The notes under the pieces: model-generated | Told to the model about the DNA's origin: nothing | Seen by the model: only the letters and a program-made list of their open reading frames with translations | Database searches by the model: none | Program-made: the position numbers and the translations under genes | NCBI GenBank assembly: GCA_013239625.1 | Contig: MU053652.1 | Coordinates: forward strand, 4,329,902-4,393,901 | Origin: Lama guanicoe | Taxonomy: Eukaryota | Direction: 5' to 3' | DNA: 64,000 nt | In this document: positions 43,225 to 53,645 of the stretch, piece by piece | Numbering within the stretch: position 1 is the first letter of the stretch | Layout of the letters: each line of letters begins with the position of its first letter

Positions 43225-44390
43225 GAATGTCTTTTTTAATTAGAAGACAGGAAGAAAACAAAAACCAGACTGTGTCCCACAATCAGAAACCTCCACTGTG
43301 GCAGAGGGGCCTTCACCGCCACCAGGGCGTCCCTCCAGACAGGGAGAGACTCCAGCCTTCTGAGGCCATCCTGAGGAGTTCCTGTTTGGGGGTGTGAGAG
43401 AAAATCAGCGCGGTTTAATAAAAAGATGGCTGCGGCCTGTCCGGCGTGGTGGGAGGGGAGCTGATTTCCTGATGAACTTGTTTCTAAAAGGAAAAATAAT
43501 TTTAAGGAAATAAAAAAGAAAAAAAAAAGGAAAACTAAACTGAAACCAGAACTGAAACACTGTCCTGGTAGCAAATGACACACACACATACATACATGTA
43601 CCTACACACACATGCTAACATGCATGTGCGCACACAGAAAAATAAATAAAAGTACAAAACTTTCTGTGAAACAAACCATTTACTTAGGGAAGATGGGAAT
43701 TCGAATGAATTAAATAGCTGCAATTGGAAGGAAGGGTCAGGATCATCCTCCCTTATGTTTTTCTATCATTTCATCCTCTCTCTCCTGCCCTCTCTTCTTT
43801 CTCTTTCCTCCTTGTCTTTTAATGAAAGTGAGTGGAAATTTCTTCTACTCTCCCAACAGATTCTTCCCACCTGTAGAGTTGTTGGGACAAAGAGAAGTAA
43901 GCAAGGAGCCTGTTCTATTTTTTTATCATGGTCACATCAATTGATACTAGGATCTGCCAGGGCCAAAATTTATGTATATCCCAACCCTGACCCTATTCAG
44001 TCTCTTGAGTCCGCTTTCAATCTGCATTGGGTTGTCGTCATATTTAGAGAGAACCAAAATTAGGGTGAGTGGGATAGGAGTATATACCTAAGTTTTAGTT
44101 TTTTAAGATTTTTTTTAGTTAATTTTTCACCCATAGATGTGAGAGGAAAAAAGTGTTTACATGGCTAACTGTATTTTACTAAAAAAATGTGGAAATTATT
44201 TGACTTAACGGGGGCTGAGGCAGAAGAGGGAAGCCCAGAGCAACTCCTAATGTTTTAAAGGAGTTGCAGCCCTGCACAGGAGTTAGATATGAGGGCACTG
44301 TTCTGTCTGGTGTTGTAGCCATCTCAAGAACAAATCAACAGCAACAAGAAAAAGGAGGAAAAAAACCAATAAATTTTTAAAATTTAATCA
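43225..44390 (+). other. TNPO3: TNPO3 terminal exon 23 (3'UTR); 3' end approximate
   Basis: Pyrimidine tract + tgtcag|GAATGTC acceptor; AATAAA at 44368-44373 followed by GT-rich downstream element. Confidence 0.8.
44368..44373 (+). terminator. TNPO3: TNPO3 distal polyadenylation signal
   Basis: AATAAA with gtgtttgtttttact about 18 nt downstream. Confidence 0.7.
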
Positions 44391-44744
44391 GTGTTTGTTT
44401 TTACTTCCTTTCACTGCCTCGTAGATCTGAAATGGCACAGCTAGACTGCCTAAGTGAATAGTCTTAGCTACTCTCTAATAGACATGTGAGTACAAAGTTT
44501 AAAAGGCAGGCCCCTGCCCTTACTGCTACGGACCCTTCATATTTCAGAGCAATGGCCCTTTTTGCATTTTTTATTTTCCCAATTCACCCTAAAACTTCTG
44601 CTACATTTTATCCTTTCATGTGGCCTCAGTGGGAAGGAGAATGGGTCACGTGTCATGTTCAATGAAATGTGGTATATTCTTTTTACAGTGGCCACCCAAG
44701 TAGATTGTTTCCTAACCTACTGAGTATCTGGTCTTTAGGATTAA

Positions 44745-45000
44745 AAAAAAACTATTGGAAGTGTAATTGACATGTAATAAGCTAAAGGTGTTTTAAGGTA
44801 TACAATTGATAAGTTTTGACATAGGGTGCACCCACGAAACCATTAATACAACAGATAGTGAACATACCCTTTACTCCCAAGTTTCCTCATGCCTCTTCCC
44901 ATCTTCCCCCATGCCCAAGTAGCCACTGATCTTTCTGTCACTGTGGATTAGTTTGCGTTTTCTTGAGTTTTTTTATAAATGAGATCCTACAGTATATTGT
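44745..45000 (-). mobile_element. Old L1 3' fragment
   Basis: gtaattgacatgtaataa...agccactgatctttctgtcactgtggattagtttgc. Confidence 0.6.
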
Positions 45001-47059
45001 ACTAATTGGGCTTTGATCGCATAACCTTGACTGCAGAGTTGGCATCTTGTATTTGGAATCCATGAAGCAAACCCTCCTACGTAACATCAGTGGTACTCAG
45101 AGTTGTATTCTCTAAAGGGGCAATGTTAGAAGGAAAGAGAAAAAGAACAATGGGGAACAGTGTTGGAGTAAGATTATCGAATTCTGGGGATCAGCACATT
45201 ACCCCCAGCCATCCTGCTCATTTTCTGGTTAAACAATAAAACTTTGAAGCCTAGTCCAATCCTAGATCCTTGCAACAACCAGTTGGTTTTGCTCTGTTTA
45301 AGGAATTTGGCTTTTATCACAGAAAGATGTATCTGGGACTGAAAAACTTATGGAAGGCTTAATATAACTCTCCCTAGCCACTGAAAAATAGCCTTGGGAA
45401 TGCACAGCCTAGTGACTACCAAGAGCGTCCTCTCCACAGCTGTAGCTTTGGAAACCAGAGCTCTAACCTCATTAGTGGTGTCAGGGCCTCATTGCTTACT
45501 CTTAAGTGTTACAGATTGCTTCAGACTAGTTCTTACAAATAGTTTTGTGACTTTTTGACATAGCAAGGGTACCCACCTAAATGTTAAAAAGGAACTGTTT
45601 GGGATCTGGTACCCTAATGTAGACATTGTGTGCCTGCATGACATAGCCTAGAAGAAGTACAATGACAGTCTTGCACCTGAACTTACCTAAGTCATAAAGC
45701 CCCCACAGAATTGTCTGTTCCCTCGTTTCCGTGATTGGCTTAGCCAAGAAATTATAGTCAGGATTATGTGGAACACAAATCACCCACTGGGGCTATTCCC
45801 CGCAAGATTGTGCTGAAGAAAAGTAACTTGTGATTTTTTTTAGGTACCTGTTCTATAAAAGTCAATAACTGAGAATGTAGGATAAATAAGACAGGAACTT
45901 GCACTTTTGAATGGCATCAACCCCTCATGAATGCAAAGTACGTGTCCACCTTGTGTAACCCGGGTACTGAATCATTTTACAAAGATGAAGCCAAAATTTG
46001 AAGAAGTTAAAAATCCAAGATTATGCAACAAGGTATGCCTGACTTTGTGAGATCTATTGACCAGCAAATGAGAAAGTTGCCTTGTGAGAATGTTCCTTTA
46101 TCAATATTCTCTCCTACTCCACAGAGACTGAAAAGTTCTTTATGTCAGTGAAAAGCTGAGTGAAAGGAAGGAGTCTTGAAATGGAATGTTATATTGGATA
46201 TACAGATGAATTCGGTGGGGAAGGGGGCCCTGGAGGAAGGAAGTAAGGGAAACTACTGGGTGCTGGAGAGGTGCATTCATCCCCCAGGGCATGAGCATCA
46301 GTATCCCGTGGATTCCAACTTAAACACTAGCAGAGGCCAGCAGGGCAGTCAAAGGCCTCTACCAAGGAGAACTCCAGCATAGCTAGGGAGCAGTGAATGG
46401 CAACATGTCTTGCCTTTAACCTCTGGAACGTGTGGTGTCCGTCACTTTTGTATAGTGTTAATCCACCACTGGCTGCTACAACTCAGAGATCTATTAGGAA
46501 ATGACAGCCAGGTGTGCTGTTTTTGTTTTCATGTTTTATTTTTAAGAAATCAAAAAGTAGAAACTCAAGATTTTCGGCAGCTGCTGAGCTGTCCGCAGTA
46601 CTGGAGAAGGCAGTGCGTGAATGGTCACCTAGTGCAGCTATTCCTGCCAGGCTTCCATAATAATTCACCCGTTCTCCGTCTCTTTGCTCCAGGATTCATC
46701 ACAGGCTGTAAACGCAAGTACTTGCAGGAATGAGGCAGTGAAGAGTGAAGGAGGCTGGGTGAGGACTGTATTGAACTGGGAGGACGTTCCCATCTAAATT
46801 TCTGGCTGATTATTGCCATTGGAGAATATGAGACAATGTTTGCCAGTTTTTTGAGAGAAGCTGGAAATCAGATAGGTGACATCACCTAATCTTAAAGGGT
46901 TGACAGCTAATTTCAATCTAAAGAGGAAATAAAACTTTATAAAGTCAGGAGGAAAGATGCTAACCTTTGTGGATGACTGAAAACTAAGCCTAAGACAAAA
47001 GGAACTGTGTAAGTGCTGTCCTCTAGTTGGTAAAGTTTCTTAAAGAGGCATGAGTTAAT

Positions 47060-48450
47060 AATTCTGTAACCTCTATACAGATGTATGGTATAGAAAATGT
47101 GGGGAGAGGAGTCACTTTATTAGTGGAGTAACCTGACAAACGCTACCTTGGCCAGGTGATCAAGGTCAACGTCAAAAGGGATAAATCATGGTGATAGTAT
47201 GTACCCTCGATACGCTGTGGTAAGAATGACACTTTACTGCTGTCTTACTTAACAAAAACCATGAAGAACACATCAGACAAGCCCCAAATGAGGGACATTC
47301 TAAAATGTACCCTCAAAGCCATCCAAATCATCGAAAACAAGGAAAAGTCTGAGAAACTGTCAGACCAGTGGAGGCTAAGGAGACATGATGACCAAATGTA
47401 ATGTGATAATTTGGATGGGTCCTAGAACAGAAAAAGAGTGTGAAATAAAAACAAATGAAATCTGACTAAGGATAGAATTTAGTTAATAATGATGTATTTA
47501 TTTTGTTTTATTAGTTGTGACAAATGTCCTGTAATAATATAAGGTGTGATGAAAGATGTCAACAATTGGACAAACTGGGTGTAGGGTAAATAGGCACTCT
47601 TAGCAGCTTTGCTGTAAATCTGAAACCATTTAAATGTGTTTTTATTTAAATTGCTAAACTCTGCACAGGCCACTTAACCATAATGAGAAATGGTAGAAAT
47701 ACTATTTCTCATCTATCAGGTGGGCAAAATTCCAAAAATTGACAATATAATCTATTGAGACTGTGGGAAAACAGCCACACTAAGAGATTTATCAGAATTT
47801 TGCCAACACCTACCAAAATTAGACAAATATTTATCTTTTGGCCCAGAAATACTATTTCTGTGGATCTGTCCTAAAGATACACTGGCAAAAATGTGAAAAG
47901 ACATAAGTGCACACAAACCTGTCCACTACAGCATTGTGTATAATAACTAAAGATGGAAACAATTCCAATACCCACTAAAAGGTTGTCAAAACAAAAACCT
48001 GCATCCAGTCAAGCCTCTAGAATCTAGAGTCTGGGTCAAAGTACCCCTTTACAGGAAATACAGAAGACGAAATATGTTAACACAACAGAGATGGAGTCAG
48101 TAGCATCTAGGCAAAAACAGTGCAGAACAAATAATGCAATTTCTTCCACAATTACAACGGAATAAAATTTCTCTAATTGTCTTAAAATTTTTAAGTGCTA
48201 GATATTGGATAAAAAGTAATTAGTTGTGATGGTACTGTAGTTTTGGTTTTTTTTAGAATGTCCTTGTCTTTTAGAGATATGTACTGACTATACATGTAAT
48301 ATGCTAAGACTTGCTTCAGAATAATCTCATTGTGGGTGTGGGAGTTTAGATAGATGAGGAACACTATGAATTGATAATTGTTGAAGCTACTACTTGGGGA
48401 TTTCATACCATTGTCCCTACTTTCACAAATATTTAAAATCTTCCATAGTG
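47060..48450 (+). mobile_element. Cluster of old L1 (L1MC/MD/ME-like) fragments between the two 3' ends
   Basis: agtggagtaacctgacaaacgctaccttggccaggtgatcaaggtcaac; gagaaactgtcagacca; ttgttgaagct...gggatttcatac. Confidence 0.6.
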
Positions 48451-48898
48451 AAAAGATAACAAAAATTGTTCAGGTCAAAAAATTGTATCTATAAGCCAGA
48501 TTCAAACGATGAACTACCAATTTGTATGCATTGTCCTAATATATTAAATAGCATATGACGATACATGAGGACAACAGATTGTAATGGTTCTTAGTTGAAA
48601 TACCAGCCCTTCCTTTTTCACCATTTCTTACGGGAAGATTGATTTGGACAGGATTTTAGGCTCTGCACACATTTGAAAATCCACACCCTTGCTTCAGCTG
48701 GCTTCCTCCTGGAAAGCAAAGCCCCTCTGACTCATCAGCCTGGAAGGCAGGCCCTCCCTGTGTCAACGGCCCCAGAGATGGAGGGCAGGTGCTGGGGGAA
48801 AGGGCCAGCTGACATGAGAAGTACAGTCTGGGAGAACAGCATGGAAGCAACTGGAACTGGGGAAAAAAATAAACAGCTGAGTCTGCCTGTTTTTAACA

Positions 48899-48904
48899 TT
48901 TATT
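48899..48904 (-). terminator. IRF5: IRF5 polyadenylation signal
   Basis: Minus strand attAATAAAtgttaaaaac, about 570 nt after the stop; T-rich downstream element (tgtttatttttttcc). Confidence 0.8.
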
Positions 48905-49473
48905 AATCGAAAAATATGTAAAATTCCACTTTGTACCCCCAGTTCTTGGACTCTCAAGGGAGGTAGCTGCCAGCTCTATGTATCAGGTGTAAACCTAAGT
49001 GCTTATACCTTAAGCGATGAGGAAGCGAGGCCCAAACGAGGGAACCGCAAAATCAGGCCCATGCCCTGCAGAGGACCTGCCTGGGGGACCTGAGCCACAG
49101 GCACATGGCTCTTTTGCCAGAGGAAATGGGGGCAACCACAAGAGTGGGCCACTCTGGGGCAACTCCTGTACAGCTAGGCTCCCAGGGTCTGGGGAGTTTC
49201 TTCTCTTGTCACTGGTGCTGATGGCTGAGTTCCCCCAAAGCCAGCAGAGGGGCACATCCAGAGCCCTCAAGCAAAACTGGCTTCCCTCAGCTTCTGCAGG
49301 GAGAACCTGGACCTCAGGCCTCTTTTCCCTCTTCTTCTTGGCCCAAATCCACCTACAGGAGACCCAGAGATAGGACCCTGCAGCCAGTCAGGTGCTCTCT
49401 GGGGCCATCGCACCTCCACATCAGTCCACACAGCCACCCAGGAAGCCTGGGCCAGTCACTATCATCAGCCTCA

Positions 49474-49719
49474 TTATTGCATGCCAACTGGGTGCATGGG
49501 CCAGGGAGCCTGACCAGCACTGAGGCCGGGCACAGGAGGGGCTTGGGCCACAGGCTGCAGCTGCTGCTGGGACTGCCAGATGTGATGGAGCTCCTTGAAC
49601 TGCTCCACCATGCGGTCTTTGAGGTCTGGGTTTGAGATCTGTAGCCGGATACTATCAGCTGACCAAGAAAGCTCCCCTGAGAACATCTCTAGCAGCATCC
49701 GAGCTGCTACGGGCACCAC
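49474..49719 (-). CDS. IRF5: IRF5 last coding exon (exon 9): C-terminal autoinhibitory/phospho-Ser region
   Basis: ccccag|GTGGTG; VVPVAARMLLEMFSGELSWSADSIRLQISNPDLKDRMVEQFKELHHIW...MHPVGMQ-TAA; 246 nt. Confidence 0.96.
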   Translation of the reverse strand: MVPVAARMLLEMFSGELSWSADSIRLQISNPDLKDRMVEQFKELHHIWQSQQQLQPVAQAPPVPGLSAGQAPWPMHPVGMQ

Positions 49720-49947
49720 CTGGGGGGACAAAGAGGAGACAGGAAAAGGAGAACCTTGGCAGGGCTGTCAAATCCAGTCGTGCATGAGGGTATCCACCAG
49801 GGGGCAGGGGCAGCAGTTTCTACTTCATACAGAGGCTACTTGTGTGTGGGCAGCCCTGAGCCACCACCCTGGGGCAAGGGCCTAGCCCCAGGATTCTCCA
49901 ATATTCAAACCAAAGCAAAGTTGGCGGGGTGGGAGACGGGGGTATAC

Positions 49948-50066
49948 CTGTACAGTGATGAGCTTCTTCTCTCGGGGTTTGCGGTCAGGCCACTCCTCCC
50001 CAAAGCAGAAGAAGATCTCAAATGGCGGTGGGGTGTTGGTCTGGCCCTTCTGAAACAGGATGAGCT
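49948..50066 (-). CDS. IRF5: IRF5 exon 8
   Basis: atgcag|AGCTCATC...GTACAG|gtatac; 119 nt; [40 protein letters not shown]. Confidence 0.95.
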
Positions 50067-50153
50067 CTGCATTGAGATTGAGACCCTAAGTCAAAGGCTG
50101 GAACCGCCCCCGGACGAAAGGAGGCCAAGAGTAACACGATATGGGGCCCTCAC

Positions 50154-50546
50154 CATTGAGAAAATGCTCCAGGCTAAAGAGCTTGGTCTTGACCTCCCGC
50201 TGAATGGGGTTGGGGTGCGAGCCATGGGCTGAGGCACAGGGACCGCTCCAGAACACTTTGCACTGGCACAGGCGGATAGCGTACAGATCTTGGCCTTGCA
50301 GCTGGAGGATGAGCCCACGGTCCAGGACATCCAGCAGCTGGTTGGTGTAGAAGCGCTGCTTGTCGCTGGGGATGTCCTCAGGGCTGGGGAAGCGCACTTG
50401 CTCTAGGCTCACAGGGCCGAAGAGTTCCACCTGCTCCTGGGTGGCCTCCAGCTGGCTGTAGAAGAGCCGGCAGCCGTGGGGGTTGCTGATGGTGAGCGCC
50501 CGGGGTGGCCGCCCCCGGTATTGGAACTTGATCTCCAAGTCGGTCA
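50154..50546 (-). CDS. IRF5: IRF5 exon 7 (IRF association domain)
   Basis: ccacag|TGACCGAC...AATG|gtgagg; 393 nt; [29 protein letters not shown]...[10 protein letters not shown]. Confidence 0.96.
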
Positions 50547-50777
50547 CTGTGGGGCAGAGGAGCAGGCCCACTCGGCCCATGAGCTCCATGCCTCCCCATT
50601 CTGCAGCCCACTGACTTTCTCTGCCCAGCAGCCATGCTGTTGCCAGCTCTCCCACTTCCTTCCCCCACCCAAGAAGGGACTGGCATGGGCGTTTTTGTTC
50701 TTCATCTTCCTCGACCCTCCTTGCAAACCAGCCGCCCACACTGCCTTCCCCTGCCCAGCCCACCCATGGGTCCTTAC

Positions 50778-51044
50778 GAGGCAGCATGTGGGGGCTGATC
50801 AGCAGGTCGGGCAGCAGTTGTTCGCCTGGAGGGGGCAGATCGGCAGCCAGGGGCCCAGGCTGCGTGCTCGGCACCTCAGAGAGCAGCTCCCTAAAGTCAG
50901 TGGGGTTGCCAGGGACAGGGCCCAGAAGGCTGGGGTCTGGAGCAGGGGGACCAAGCACAACAGGCGGCTGGAGAGTGGGTGGCCACTTGACTTCCTCTTT
51001 GGGTAATGAATAGGGTGCCATGGCGGGGCCAGGCTGCACTGCTT
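50778..51044 (-). CDS. IRF5: IRF5 exon 6 (Pro-rich/PEST linker)
   Basis: ctgtag|AAGCAGTG...CCTC|gtaagg; 267 nt; [32 protein letters not shown]...LLISPHMLP. Confidence 0.92.
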
Positions 51045-51221
51045 CTACAGAAGGTGGGGGTGGACAAAGCTTTAATGCCACTTCTAAAACTGCCTCCCAG
51101 GCCTACATACTCCCAGCCCTGGGCCTCTCCCCAGATTCCCTTCTGCCTCCCACCAGGTACCTGTGGTACCTGCAGCTTCTCCTTATACTAGACCCCCAAC
51201 CACATCACCTCCCAGCCCCAC

Positions 51222-51255
51222 CTGTGAGGCTCAGGCTTGGTAACATCCTCTGGAG
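51222..51255 (-). CDS. IRF5: IRF5 exon 5 (Leu-rich nuclear export signal)
   Basis: cttcag|CTCCAGAGG...ACAG|gtgggg; 34 nt; LQRMLPSLSLT. Confidence 0.93.
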
Positions 51256-51735
51256 CTGAAGGGAAGACACAGTCAAAGGAGGAAGGAGGCCAGAGAGAGA
51301 GAAAGAAGGACAGGTTATTAAATTGATCTGATGCTAAAGAATTAACACATGAGACCCCCAAGGCAATTCCCCAGTCTTCAGCTTAGCCAAGGCCAGGCCT
51401 TGCCTCCAGTCCCAGCTCTGCCATCCCAGGCATGTCAGTAGGCTCTCAGTGCCTCAGTTTCCGCACCTGCAGGTGCTAATACCTACTAAACCCCAACTGC
51501 TGTGACAGTCAGACCATGTGTGGGCATGTTTTATACCAAGAAAGTCCCAGGGGGTTCAAGGTGGTGACTTTCTTCCTATCCTCAGAAACCGGAGAGAAGA
51601 AACTCAGAGAAGAGCTGCAGGGAGAGCGGCAGGGCTCCGGAGGAGGGACTGCTCAGCCCCCCAGCAGAGTGGGACAGCAGGAACGCCCTAGCGGGGCGCA
51701 CCACATCAGTGCAGACAGAGCAGCCCCCGGCTCAC

Positions 51736-51800
51736 CTCTTCCTCTTCCTCCTCCTCCTCCTCTCCTGCATGAACAGTGTAATCCTCGCTGGGCTGTGCCT
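51736..51800 (-). CDS. IRF5: IRF5 exon 4 (acidic poly-Glu)
   Basis: ctgcag|AGGCACAG...GAAGAG|gtgagc; 65 nt; EAQPSEDYTVHAGEEEEEEEEE. Confidence 0.92.
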
Positions 51801-52226
51801 CTGCAGAGCCAGAGAGAGAAAAGCAAGACAGGAAGGAGTGAGCAGGGGAGGAGGAGGAAGGCCGCCAGGGCTCCAGGTGGCAGCTCCTGCCATGGCTTCT
51901 CCCCTCCCCAGAGCTGCCCAGAGTGACTGAAGGGCCACGCAGCCACTAGGAATCAATAGGGACCCCCGCCGACCCTGTGGCACTCAGCTCCCTGGGCCAC
52001 CTGACCTACACTCTCTGAAGCCAAGAACCAAGAACAAGGGTTGGCTGAGGAAGACAAACCTAGGGGCCGGGTCCTTGCCAAGCCATTCCTGGCCTCACAA
52101 GTGATCCACTCCTGGGACCCCTGGGTGTTATGACCTAGCAGCGTGTCCCCGACTACTGCATGTTGGAGGGGCCCTAGGCCTTCCTGCACAACCTCCTAGG
52201 TGGCCCCACAGGGCCAGGCAGGATAC

Positions 52227-52416
52227 CTGCAGGAGTGGGGCCATTGGAGCAGACCTCGTAGATCTTGTAGGGCTGAGGCGGCATGTCCCGGGGCCCGTCA
52301 TAGATGAGGCGAAAGTCACGGCTCTTGTTAAGGGCACAGCGCAGGTTGGCCTTCCACTTGGCCGGATCGGCCTCGTCCACGCCCTCCGTGTACTTCCCGG
52401 TCTCCTTGGCCCAGGC
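52227..52416 (-). CDS. IRF5: IRF5 exon 3 (DNA-binding domain, C-half)
   Basis: tctcag|GCCTGG...GCAG|gtatcc; 190 nt; [63 protein letters not shown]. Confidence 0.96.
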
Positions 52417-52719
52417 CTGAGACAGGACGACAAGACAGGCAACCACAGAGAACCTCACCCTTCACCAAAGGCCCAGCCCTTCCTGGCCGGTGGGAGTCAC
52501 TGCTATCGATGAGACCTTCAGCGACAAACTGGAGGAGCCCAAGGGCCCATTTGCAAGGCAGGCTATGAGGCCAGTCCTTTGGGGCTTCAACAAGCGAAGG
52601 GAAATCTAGGTGCTGTTAACCGTTTTACACATTTTAAATGTTGAATTGTGTGGCCGTGTTAGCTATCCAAAAATAAGAAAGGGATTTGAAGTGAACCTTA
52701 AAAAAGGGGTCAGGTTCAA

Positions 52720-53150
52720 AGACTAAGAACTACATAGCCAAAGCTTCAAAAATAAGCATTCTCTTTGACCCAGAAATGTTTAACTCTAGGAACTAACCCC
52801 AAAGAAAATCATTTAAGATGTGCTAAGGGTTAAAAATTGAGAGGACATCCCTGGCATTGTGGTCTTCAACACTGAAACAGGAAAAGCAACCTGAGGTGTC
52901 CAAAAACTGGGACTGGGTAACTAAACTGGACTAACCTTTCCAATGGAACATTCAGTGGTCACTAAATGTGTTGTGCGTTGTTGGAGAGGAAAGCTGGTCC
53001 TGATGGTGGGTGAAAATGCAGGTTATAAAATGGAATATATGGTTTGATTCCATATGTGCACTTCATCTACACACACATGCAGAAAATTGAAAAATATAAG
53101 CAAAAAAAATTCCTAATTGTTACCTCCTAGTATTAAGATTACAGGGGAAT
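52720..53150 (+). mobile_element. Old L1 (L1ME-like) fragment in IRF5 intron 2
   Basis: AT-rich island; ctttgacccagaaat...ctctaggaactaacccc; caatggaacattcag. Confidence 0.5.
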
Positions 53151-53450
53151 TCTGTGGTCTTCTTTTAGTGGCTGATACACCAAACGTGCACCCTGGACAT
53201 CACCCACATGTGATGAGAATGACACAGGAACAAGGAGGAGGAGTTACAGGAAGGTCTCCTGGATGCCCCTCAGTCCTTGTCTTGCTCTGGGGATTAGGTT
53301 AGAAAGGTGTGCCTGTGGCCGCTTAATCCAGGCCTGGGGTCCCCTGCAGCTAGGCAGATGGGAGAGTGGCCAGTCTGAGATGTACGAGGGAGTCCTATTC
53401 TAGGGAGGGGGTGCCTCAGAGGTCCAGGAAGGACCCCTCCCAGGGCTTAC

Positions 53451-53645
53451 CTTGAAGATGGTGTTATCTCCGTCCTGGCTGGGGCCATGCCGTGTGGCAT
53501 GGCGCCAAGGGATGTAGAAGAATTTCTTTTCCCCATTGACCCACTGAAGCCCCGGGTACTGGCAGCTGTTCACTTGGGCCACCAGCCAGGGCTTCAGCCG
53601 CACGCGGCGGGGTGGAGGAAGGGCAGCGGGGGCAGGCTGGTTCAT
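53451..53645 (-). CDS. IRF5: IRF5 exon 2, first coding exon (Trp-pentad DNA-binding domain, N-half; exon begins at 53656)
   Basis: ggcag|ACCCCTTTGCCATG...TTCAAG|gtaagc; 195 nt; [65 protein letters not shown]. All 8 exons join to 1509 nt = 502 aa. Confidence 0.97.

Noticed and set aside
50067..50153. IRF5 intron 7 (87 nt, 3n) as an in-frame retained intron
   Set aside because: Contains an in-frame TAG at 50086-50088
49595..51006. Plus-strand ORFs of 96-176 aa
   Set aside because: Antisense shadows of GC-rich IRF5 exons
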